Shown here: positions 41,670 to 49,873 of the stretch, piece after piece
Numbering within the stretch: the stretch's first letter is position 1
Layout: each line of letters starts with the position of its first letter
Assembly: GCA_031370005.1 (NCBI GenBank)
Contig: JANMPT010000028.1
Span: 195,433 to 259,432, forward strand
Reading direction: 5' to 3'
Length of the DNA stretch: 64,000 bases
DNA from: Bdellovibrionales bacterium
GTDB lineage: Bacteria; Bdellovibrionota; Bdellovibrionia; Bdellovibrionales; Bdellovibrionaceae
Notes under the pieces: model-generated
What the model was told of the DNA's origin: nothing
Database searches by the model: none
The model's input: only the letters and a program-made list of their open reading frames with translations
Made by a program: the position numbers and the translations under genes

Positions 41670-42656
41670 CTATGTATTATTCGTCGGAGTATAGTCCACA
41701 CGAATATCGGCGTCGGCTGCCGGAATCGCATCACCATGGAATTGGATGATATACTTGCTGCCCTCTTCAATATACGTCCACCCATTCGTTGGACTCTCTG
41801 AAACAAGTTTACCGTTCACAGCAATTTTAAGAGTTTCTTTCACTGGGCGACTCTTTAAATAAAAATCCGTCAGGATCTGTACAATGCGTGCTTTAATATT
41901 GCTCACGGCTGCTGATAAATTACTTGAGCACAGAGATTCTTTATTGCCTCCAGAAAGATCTGCCAACTGCATTAACGTTGTGCCTACCTCAGAATAGTCA
42001 TTGAAAGTACGACATGCGCTCGAGTTCTCAAGGACTCCAATAAAATTAAATATCCAGGATTTACGACCATTTGTTGTCACAGGTTTTAGCTTATCTAAAA
42101 TATTTGCGTAATAACTGGCCGTCTTGCCACTCTTGTCATCTTCATCGCTGAGCTCAATTACCGCTAAAAGCGCATCCTCACGCAAAAAACCTGCACCCTC
42201 TGTTGAAAGATACGAAGACGACAACGCCGTTTCCATTGAGTAAAGACCACGCTCATTATTACTGCCAGTATCACCTTGCGCTATTTTTTGTTGAAGTAGA
42301 CTTTCCATATTTGCAGTTTGTGAGTCCAAAATCATTGGTACGCCTAAAAATCTTCCACCATTGCCATCCAGGCCCATGCTGGTTGAAATCGCTACGATAT
42401 GATAATCCATCTTAAGGCTTCTCAATACTGATACGAGGGTCGGGATTTGTGTGTTGAGACGATTTTGATGTTGAGCCATGGATGTGGAGTTATCTACGAT
42501 AAACACAATGTCTACTTTGTTGTTATAGAGAATTTTCTGGCCAAAGTTTTGGCCCGTTTGATCGAGCTGAAAAGACGCTGCTGCACCGTTGCCGCTACAG
42601 CCTGCCTGAACAAAAGGCAGCGACATCACCAAAGCAAAGATTATTAAGCGTGCCAT
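41670..42656 (-). CDS. VWA-domain lipoprotein
   Basis: Lipobox QAGC; VDIVFIVDNSTSM (MIDAS DxSxS); LSDEDD; GGAGG SD. Confidence 0.75.
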   Translation of the reverse strand: MARLIIFALVMSLPFVQAGCSGNGAAASFQLDQTGQNFGQKILYNNKVDIVFIVDNSTSMAQHQNRLNTQIPTLVSVLRSLKMDYHIVAISTSMGLDGNGGRFLGVPMILDSQTANMESLLQQKIAQGDTGSNNERGLYSMETALSSSYLSTEGAGFLREDALLAVIELSDEDDKSGKTASYYANILDKLKPVTTNGRKSWIFNFIGVLENSSACRTFNDYSEVGTTLMQLADLSGGNKESLCSSNLSAAVSNIKARIVQILTDFYLKSRPVKETLKIAVNGKLVSESPTNGWTYIEEGSKYIIQFHGDAIPAADADIRVDYTPTNNT

Positions 42657-42685
42657 AAAATCCCCTCCATGAGTAAAGCTACGTT

Positions 42686-43501
42686 TTAAGCAGCCTTCTG
42701 AGTAAATTGACGGATAGACTCACGCACAGACTGACTAATACTGGTGAATTTCACGCCATACTTTACCGAATCAAGAGCACTTTTTGTGTCCTTAACCATT
42801 TGTTTGCTTACCACAGTGCAAACTGCATTAAATGGAGGAACACCATCGCCGGGTTGAAAATGTAGAAATAAATTTTGCCCAGGCTGAAGGTTCGGATTAT
42901 CAATCAAAATACCTGCTCCACCCGAGCTGATCTCCATGCTACGACCTTTAAAAACTGTCTTGTTGTTATGAACAATCAAAGAACAACCATAAGAGGCCCG
43001 TGCATGACGGCGGCGAAAAAAAACTTCCGCAATTTCCGATGATCCCGATTCTTTCATCGCGCGGATGGACTCTGCTGAATACTCTGTAAGTTCGGCCACG
43101 CGTTTCCATGCATTCAATTTTGAATGCCAAACATAATCGTATTCAAACATCGTTTTTTCCTGAAGCATCTGCACAAGCTCAAGCTTTGAGAACGGGCCGT
43201 AATTATTGCCCTCTTTCAAAATGTACCAAGCCTTTTCTTTATAATTATCATCATGTTTCGGAACCGCCACACTGATCACGGTCTGTTCATCTACCTGCTT
43301 AGTTGGTACCTTTACAGATGAAGCCTGGAATTTATCCGCAAAGCTTGGGTGTTCCATAACAACAACCCAGTCGCTCTTCGCCTCGCAATATACATAGTCA
43401 GTCCAAACATGTTCACCATCTTCGATTTTTCGCACTATTGTCTCAACCGAATATGGCCCGACATGACTACCATTTAAAGACACGTAAAAAAGCGTTTGCA
43501 T
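42686..43501 (-). CDS. Two GYF_2 (DUF4339) domains plus C-terminal PilZ domain
   Basis: FYVSLNGSHVGPYS and WYILKEGNNYGPFS...YVW; RRHAR and EISSGGAG (PilZ RxxxR, DxSxxG variant). Confidence 0.8.
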   Translation of the reverse strand: MQTLFYVSLNGSHVGPYSVETIVRKIEDGEHVWTDYVYCEAKSDWVVVMEHPSFADKFQASSVKVPTKQVDEQTVISVAVPKHDDNYKEKAWYILKEGNNYGPFSKLELVQMLQEKTMFEYDYVWHSKLNAWKRVAELTEYSAESIRAMKESGSSEIAEVFFRRRHARASYGCSLIVHNNKTVFKGRSMEISSGGAGILIDNPNLQPGQNLFLHFQPGDGVPPFNAVCTVVSKQMVKDTKSALDSVKYGVKFTSISQSVRESIRQFTQKAA

Positions 43502-43525
43502 ACTACACCTCATGCTACATTGACT

Positions 43526-43553
43526 CTATCGGCAAGACCCGGACCCGACTTAA
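43526..43553 (-). promoter_or_regulatory. Putative sigma28 promoter
   Basis: Minus strand TTAAG-N15-GCCGATAG, near consensus. Confidence 0.75.
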
Positions 43554-43703
43554 GCAATCAAAACTAAAGAGTTATTCGTTCTGCCTATTTAAAAGAAACT
43601 GTTCATTTTTTTTACAGGACAAAGGGCGAATGCGTTGGAAATTGAAAAAGTCTTAGGCAGAAAAGGCTTCGACTTTTTCTGTGATATGAAATAGACTCTG
43701 GCC

Positions 43704-44525
43704 ATGCCAAACTCAAAGAGTTTTCCTTATCTACATGGATTTTCCGAAGAAGAACAAGCACGTTTACGTAAGCAAGCTCAATTTGGTGAATACACAGTTT
43801 ACCAAAACGTCAACCTTTCCAATGTGTCAGATTTACTTGAAGTTGGTTGCGGTGTTGGTGCACAAAGTGAAATTATTCTGCGCCGATTTCCTGATTTGAA
43901 GCTCACTGGTATTGATCGCAGCTCAAAGCAGCTGAGCATGGCCGAGCAAATGCTTTCGAAAACTCCTTATGCCCAAGGCCGCTTTAAACTCAAGGAAATG
44001 GATGCCACTGCCATGGAGTTTTCTTCGAATACATTTGATGGGGCTTTTCTTTGCTGGATTCTAGAGCACGTCCCAGATCCAATCCGCGTACTCTCAGAAG
44101 TGCGTCGCGTACTTCGCCCTGGTTCCACTGTCTATATTACAGAGGTGATGAACTCTTCGTTTTTCTTAGATCCCTATTCTCCGAATGTGTGGAAATACTG
44201 GATGGCTTTTAACGAATACCAACTGGCCCAATCGGGTGATCCCTTTATCGGCGCAAAACTCGGCAATTTATTAATGCAACTCGGGTATCATGATATTCAT
44301 ACTGAAATCAAAACCTGGTTTCTCGATAATCGTTATCCACAGGCCCGCAAAGACTGTGTAGAGTACTGGGCAGATTTGTTATTAAGTGCCAGTCAACAAT
44401 TGCTGGAGGCCCAGTATGTTTCTAGCGAAGTAGTGGATGAAATGAAGATAGAAATGTCAAGAGTCGCAAGTGACCCGAACGCGGTTTTCTTCTATTCTTT
44501 TGTTCAGGCAAGAGCAAGAAGTTAA
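43704..44525 (+). CDS. Class I SAM-dependent methyltransferase
   Basis: LLEVGCGVG, GIDRS, EVRRVLRPG. Confidence 0.88.
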   Translation: MPNSKSFPYLHGFSEEEQARLRKQAQFGEYTVYQNVNLSNVSDLLEVGCGVGAQSEIILRRFPDLKLTGIDRSSKQLSMAEQMLSKTPYAQGRFKLKEMDATAMEFSSNTFDGAFLCWILEHVPDPIRVLSEVRRVLRPGSTVYITEVMNSSFFLDPYSPNVWKYWMAFNEYQLAQSGDPFIGAKLGNLLMQLGYHDIHTEIKTWFLDNRYPQARKDCVEYWADLLLSASQQLLEAQYVSSEVVDEMKIEMSRVASDPNAVFFYSFVQARARS

Positions 44526-44543
44526 ACCTCACTAGGAGCATTT

Positions 44544-45161
44544 ATGAAGATTCTAATGTTTGCGGCCTCTTTCCGTAGAGGGTCTCTCAATAAAAAACTT
44601 ATTCACAATGCTTATCAAATGATGCCTTCCGGACACGAACTCAGACTAAAGGAATTCAGCGAGTATATGATGCCACTTTACAATGGAGATCTTGAGGTTG
44701 ACTCTGGAATTCCTGATGCGGCTCAAAAATTCATTGAAGATATTGCAGCCGTTGATGCTGTTATAATCTCAAGCCCTGAGTATAACTCCGGCATTCCGGG
44801 CACTCTGAAAAACGCCATTGATTGGACCTCCCGAGTAAATCCATTTCCATGGCAGGGCAAACAAATTCTGATCATGGGTGCTTCGCCGGGAATGATCGGA
44901 ACAAATCGTGGCATGTGGCAAGTGCGACAGCCCTTGGAATACCTTGGTGGCTTTGTTTTCCCAGAAATGCTAGGCCTGGCTCTGGCCGATGCAGCCTTTG
45001 ACGAAAATGATCTACTTAAAGACGAGCGCATGCATGACACTCTACAAAAGCTTCTGATTAAGTTTGTAGACTATGCAGACCACGCAAGCAAGCGGCCCCA
45101 AGTGGCAACACCCAAGCTCCGCCCTCCTGCTAAGGAAATTTCGAAGGCACACGAACTTTAG
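44544..45161 (+). CDS. NADPH-dependent FMN reductase (ChrR/SsuE family)
   Basis: ASFRRGSLN, SPEYNSGIPGTLKNAIDW. Confidence 0.9.
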   Translation: MKILMFAASFRRGSLNKKLIHNAYQMMPSGHELRLKEFSEYMMPLYNGDLEVDSGIPDAAQKFIEDIAAVDAVIISSPEYNSGIPGTLKNAIDWTSRVNPFPWQGKQILIMGASPGMIGTNRGMWQVRQPLEYLGGFVFPEMLGLALADAAFDENDLLKDERMHDTLQKLLIKFVDYADHASKRPQVATPKLRPPAKEISKAHEL

Positions 45162-45568
45162 ATTGCCCCAAGCCCCACTGCCTTTTTCCACTCGGGGGTG
45201 GCTTCAATCATTTTACGGGCTTTTAAATCAAATAAGCCAAAACTAAATATGGCCTCACTCGCGACTGTGCCGTCTGGTTTAATCATCTGCTGTTTTAGAT
45301 GCCCTACCCGGCCTGGATAATCGATGAGCTCCGTGGTGATCGTGATTTCCTCACGCAGGCGGAGTTCTTTCATAAATTTTAAATTAACCTCTAGGATGAT
45401 CGGCCCCTGACTCGTCTGATGAACTTTTTTAAAGTCATAGCCTCTTTGTGTAATCACTTCCCAACGAGCCTCTTCGTACATGGTCAAATAAGTGGCGTTA
45501 TTAACGTGGCCATAGGTGTCCAAATGCGTTTCTCGAATAAGAAGCTTGTACGAACCAATATTCACCAT
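45158..45568 (-). CDS. Acyl-CoA thioesterase (YbgC/4HBT hotdog family)
   Basis: LDTYGHVNNATYLTMYEEAR. Confidence 0.9.
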   Translation of the reverse strand: MVNIGSYKLLIRETHLDTYGHVNNATYLTMYEEARWEVITQRGYDFKKVHQTSQGPIILEVNLKFMKELRLREEITITTELIDYPGRVGHLKQQMIKPDGTVASEAIFSFGLFDLKARKMIEATPEWKKAVGLGAI

Positions 45569-45574
45569 AACAAC

Positions 45575-46618
45575 CTACTTCAATGCTTCGCGAATAACAG
45601 CTGAGGCTTGGTCCATTCCCCAGACCACAATAGCGATCACGAGAATGATACAACCGACCTCAGGCCACATTGCTTGTCCTTGATACTGAATAAGCATTGT
45701 GCCGATACCTCCACCGCCAACCAAACCAATGATCGTCGCCATTCGTACATTGATATCCCAACGATACACAGTGAAGGAAATGTAAGGAAGGATCACTTGA
45801 GGAACAATGGCAAACCACACCGTTTGAAGTTTTGTGGCCCCTGTAGATTGAATCCCTTCAATCGGCCCATCACTCACTGTCTCAACCATCTCAGAATATT
45901 GCTTCGCAAGGGAAGCCACAGAGTGGATCATTAATGCAAGCATCCCAGCGAATGGTCCAATCCCCACCCAAACAGAAAAGATAATCGCCCAGATCAAGGC
46001 TTCAATGGCACGAGTGAAGTTAAGCACAGTGCGAAGAAGCATATAGACGGCATAAGCCTTCGGGCCCTTCATGATGTTCTTTGCACAGAAAAAACTCAAA
46101 ACGAAAGCCACCGGGATCGCCAAGGTCGTCGCCATAAAGGCCATAAAGATAGTTTCGATAATATTCAAAACGGCTTTCGGCAGGATTTCAAAATTAGGAT
46201 TAAAAAGACCCTTGAAAAGACGGACTGCACCCGCAAAGCCGTCTTCATCTAAAAGTTCCGTCGCAGAAAACTTGGTCATATTTAAACCGACTACAAAAGT
46301 CACCACTAAGAAAACAATCAATTGCCAACCCGCAAAGGTTTTGTACCAAGAGGTTTCGGCCTTGGCGGCTTTCTTATAAGCAGGTTCAAAAAGAGACTCG
46401 CCTAAGGTATGAGCTAAATGATTTTTGGATCTATTCAGGCCCGTGCTCAACGCGGCACCAATCACCATAGCAATAAGAAACATCAAAAAATTCTGTCTGA
46501 GGTTTAGCATCTGCTCAGGTGTTGGATGAGCCGCAACGACCAAAAGTACCATGGCGAGGTAGGCAAAAATAAAACCATCAAAAAAAGTCCTACGGAAAAT
46601 ATAACTCTTCATTGTCAT
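45575..46618 (-). CDS. phnE: Phosphonate-type ABC permease with extra N-terminal TM region
   Basis: VGIGPFAGMLAL, YRWDINVRMATIIGLVGGGGIG. Confidence 0.88.
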   Translation of the reverse strand: MTMKSYIFRRTFFDGFIFAYLAMVLLVVAAHPTPEQMLNLRQNFLMFLIAMVIGAALSTGLNRSKNHLAHTLGESLFEPAYKKAAKAETSWYKTFAGWQLIVFLVVTFVVGLNMTKFSATELLDEDGFAGAVRLFKGLFNPNFEILPKAVLNIIETIFMAFMATTLAIPVAFVLSFFCAKNIMKGPKAYAVYMLLRTVLNFTRAIEALIWAIIFSVWVGIGPFAGMLALMIHSVASLAKQYSEMVETVSDGPIEGIQSTGATKLQTVWFAIVPQVILPYISFTVYRWDINVRMATIIGLVGGGGIGTMLIQYQGQAMWPEVGCIILVIAIVVWGMDQASAVIREALK

Positions 46619-46623
46619 CACCC

Positions 46624-47394
46624 TTAGTTAATATGAACTTCTTTAGCACCTTGTCCGTAGATTTTTTCAAACCACTCTTCACTGATATCGCTCGGATTTC
46701 CTTCAAACACGATCTCCCCTCCCTTAAGGGCAATCACACGAGTCGCATACTGACGAACAAGACTAAGAAAATGTAAATTGCAAATCACCGTGATACCAAG
46801 TTCAGTGTTCACCTTTTTCAGATAATCCATCACTGTATGACAAGTCGCTGGATCCAGACTGGCCACCGGCTCATCAGCCAACAAGATAGACGGGCCCTGA
46901 GCCAAGGCTCTCGCAATCGCCACGCGCTGTTGCTGTCCCCCAGACAGCTGATCCGCACGGATTTTAGCTTTCTCCGCAATACCTACAAGTTTCAGATACT
47001 CAAAGGCTTTAGCCTTATCTTCTACAGTGAAAAAACCAAAAATACTTTTAAGGGAGCTCATAAATCCTAATCGGCCCATCAATACGTTGCTAAGTACGGT
47101 ATGGCGAGGAATCAAATTGAAGTGCTGAAAAATCATTCCGATGTTTTTACGAAGGCCTCGTATCTCTTCGCCTTGTGCCTGCACGATGTCCTTTTCTCCA
47201 AAGATGATTTGACCTGAAGTAGGATCATGAAGGCGATTCACACAGCGAAGAAGCGTTGACTTCCCCGAGCCACTCAGGCCGATGATTACCAAAAACTCAC
47301 CTTTTTTGACGTCAAAGCTAATGCCCTTCAACGCCTGCACTCCGTTAGGATAAGTTTTTACTAAATTCTTAATCGAAAGAATGGGCCGAGACAT
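46624..47394 (-). CDS. phnC: Phosphonate-type ABC ATPase
   Basis: GLSGSGKST, LSGGQQQRVAIARAL, ADEPVASLDP, NLH. Confidence 0.92.
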   Translation of the reverse strand: MSRPILSIKNLVKTYPNGVQALKGISFDVKKGEFLVIIGLSGSGKSTLLRCVNRLHDPTSGQIIFGEKDIVQAQGEEIRGLRKNIGMIFQHFNLIPRHTVLSNVLMGRLGFMSSLKSIFGFFTVEDKAKAFEYLKLVGIAEKAKIRADQLSGGQQQRVAIARALAQGPSILLADEPVASLDPATCHTVMDYLKKVNTELGITVICNLHFLSLVRQYATRVIALKGGEIVFEGNPSDISEEWFEKIYGQGAKEVHIN

Positions 47395-47420
47395 GTATTC
47401 TCCTTCGGCAATATACTAAA

Positions 47421-48347
47421 TTATTTTTTCATCAAATCCGCAGCATTTTTACCTAAGTCATTGAGCATTTTACGAACTGGTTCGTAATCCGCATCTGTTG
47501 CCCTTTTAAATTCAGTCACGCCGTAAATCTTATTGAAGGCTTCTTTGCCCTCTGGGGTTGCTACGAAAGCGAAGATCGCATCAACGATTTTTACTTTCAT
47601 TGCCTCAGGCATATCTTTTCTGAAGATAATAGGATCATTCGGGATTGGTTCAGAAAGCTCTATGATTTTTATTTTCTTTTCGACATCCGGGTACTGCGTC
47701 AAAACCAGACGACGAGCATCTTCAATAAGCTCTTTACCGTTCGCGTCTTTTGATGGAGGGGAATAAAAAGTTGCTCCAGCGTCCACTTGACCTTGATAAA
47801 TCATAGAAACTACAGAGTCATGTTTCATAGCAAAAACAGTCTCTTTCGGTTCAATTTTTCTTTCTTTTAAAGTTTTTAGAGGAAGAAGGTAGCCGGAGGT
47901 CGAAGCCGGATCAACGAAGGCGATCTTCTTACCAGCAAGATCCGCCACCGACTTAATAGGGCCATTTGCTTTTGCGATGAACTGAGATCGATAAGTAGGC
48001 ATGCCATAGCGAATGACTGTCATTCGAGCTTCGGCCCCATATTTATCATGGGCCAAAACATATCCAAAGGTATTGATAGCCGCTACATCGGCTCGCTTTG
48101 TACCGAAAGCCTCAACCACAGCTACAAAAGATTGTGGAATCGAGACTTCGTATTTGTATGGCGTATTTTTCTCCATGAAAGCTTTAAAAATTTTGGAGTT
48201 GTCTTCGATCACTTTTGCGTCCACAGAAGGTACAAAATGAACTTTAATAGGATTTTCAGCAGTACCAAGTTCGGCTTTTTTACTAGTGCACGCGACAACA
48301 CTGATCAAGGCGGCAAATACTGCACACAAACCAAGGCTCTTTATCAT
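47421..48347 (-). CDS. phnD: Phosphonate/phosphate-binding lipoprotein
   Basis: Lipobox VVAC; FVDPASTSGYLLP, HDSV, IPNDP. Confidence 0.9.
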   Translation of the reverse strand: MIKSLGLCAVFAALISVVACTSKKAELGTAENPIKVHFVPSVDAKVIEDNSKIFKAFMEKNTPYKYEVSIPQSFVAVVEAFGTKRADVAAINTFGYVLAHDKYGAEARMTVIRYGMPTYRSQFIAKANGPIKSVADLAGKKIAFVDPASTSGYLLPLKTLKERKIEPKETVFAMKHDSVVSMIYQGQVDAGATFYSPPSKDANGKELIEDARRLVLTQYPDVEKKIKIIELSEPIPNDPIIFRKDMPEAMKVKIVDAIFAFVATPEGKEAFNKIYGVTEFKRATDADYEPVRKMLNDLGKNAADLMKK

Positions 48348-48452
48348 ACTTCAATCTCCTTATTTTTCAGTCGCGAGAACGTAACAAGAATTTGCTTCCG
48401 GGCCAAGAAAAGTCTTTGCCTTTGGAGAACTTCTAAAGGTAGATTTCAGAAC

Positions 48453-49193
48453 ATGACGCAATCCAGTCATCTGCTCCGTCAGATTCTTGTTAAGATTGAA
48501 GAATTTCAAAACCGAGGTCTGCGCAGCTTGGCCGTTTTTGATATCGACTCAACCCTGTTTGATGTCTCTCCTCGGGTGGAGCGAATTCTCATGGATTTCG
48601 CTGAAGAACCTACCAGCAAGGCTAACTTCCCAAAGCAAATTCAACTATTTAAGGATATTAGCACCCACCGCAAGGATTGGGGCTTTAAAAATGCTCTCGA
48701 AAGAGCCGGGCTCGATGGCCACCATCCCGAATTTCAAGAAGCACTTCGCAAATATTGGTACCAACGCTTCTTTTCTAATGACTATCTTCAATATGATCTC
48801 CCCTATGACGGGGCCGTAGAGTATGTAAATAAAGCAGCAAACTTAGGAGCAGAAGTTGTTTATTTAACAGGTAGAGACGTGGAACGAATGGGATCAGGCT
48901 CGGCACTCACCCTAAAACATGCGGGCTTCCCTCTAGATGACCGTCAAACACAGTTGGTATTAAAACCACACAAAGGAATGGACGATGCAGAGTTTAAAAC
49001 CAATTGGTTCACAGGCCTTCCAAAAAACCACTACGCTGATGTGTGGTTCTTTGAAAATGAACCCGTGAACATTCATCATCTCCGCCAACGTCATCCTGAA
49101 GTAAATGTGGTTTTTTTTGAAAGCACCCACGCCGGCAAAGCCTCGCCTCCTGAAGATATCCCCAAAATCATGCACTTTCTTTTAAACGATTAG
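48453..49193 (+). CDS. HAD-superfamily hydrolase (start moved to MTQSSH)
   Basis: FDIDSTLFD (motif I), YLTGRD (motif II); the longer track ORF overlaps phnD antisense. Confidence 0.8.
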   Translation: MTQSSHLLRQILVKIEEFQNRGLRSLAVFDIDSTLFDVSPRVERILMDFAEEPTSKANFPKQIQLFKDISTHRKDWGFKNALERAGLDGHHPEFQEALRKYWYQRFFSNDYLQYDLPYDGAVEYVNKAANLGAEVVYLTGRDVERMGSGSALTLKHAGFPLDDRQTQLVLKPHKGMDDAEFKTNWFTGLPKNHYADVWFFENEPVNIHHLRQRHPEVNVVFFESTHAGKASPPEDIPKIMHFLLND

Positions 49194-49204
49194 GAAGAAA
49201 TCTC

Positions 49205-49873
49205 ATGCTATATATAGTTGCAACACCTATCGGCGACGTCAGCGAAATTTCACTGCGTGCTTTAGAGATTTTAAAATCCGCAGAGGTGATTATTTGCGAA
49301 AGCACCAAAGAAGCGAGTAAACTTCTTCGCGCCCACGGAATCACTGGAAAAGTCTATGAACTTTTGAATGAACATACCACTCCTGATGAAGTCAAAGCCC
49401 TCGCAGAAATCTGCGCGACGAGAGGTGCAGCCCTGGTCTCTGATTGCGGAACTCCGGGCTTTTGCGATCCAGGCGCGCATTTAGTAAAACTCTGTCGCCA
49501 GAAGAAAATACTGATTAAGCCCGTACTCGGCGCTTCGGCCCTCATGGGTTTACTTTCCCTCAGCGGTGAGCGCATTGATCAGTTTCTCTTTCGTGGGTTC
49601 TTACCTGCTGAAACCGAAGCTCGCAAAAAAGCCCTTCAGGATATTCAAAAAGAAAAACGTGCAATGATTTTGCTAGATACCCCTTACCGTCTGAAAAAGA
49701 CTTTGGGTGATTTGCTGGAGTTCTTTCCAAAGCGTCGAGCCTTATTGGCTTTGAATTTAACTCAAACTGACGAAACGATCCTTGAAGGAACTCCTGATAG
49801 CCTCATTAAACAGTTAGCTTTTGAAAAAGCAGAGTTTATGATTTTGCTTTACAGTGAGGGATCGAGCTATTGA
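49205..49873 (+). CDS. rsmI: 16S rRNA C1402 2'-O-methyltransferase
   Basis: LYIVATPIGD, LVSDCGTPGFCDPG, FRGFLP, TPYRL. Confidence 0.88.
   Translation: MLYIVATPIGDVSEISLRALEILKSAEVIICESTKEASKLLRAHGITGKVYELLNEHTTPDEVKALAEICATRGAALVSDCGTPGFCDPGAHLVKLCRQKKILIKPVLGASALMGLLSLSGERIDQFLFRGFLPAETEARKKALQDIQKEKRAMILLDTPYRLKKTLGDLLEFFPKRRALLALNLTQTDETILEGTPDSLIKQLAFEKAEFMILLYSEGSSY

Noticed and set aside
48048..48452. 135-aa N-terminal extension of the HAD ORF
   Set aside because: Overlaps phnD antisense; promoter-like elements point to ATG 48453.
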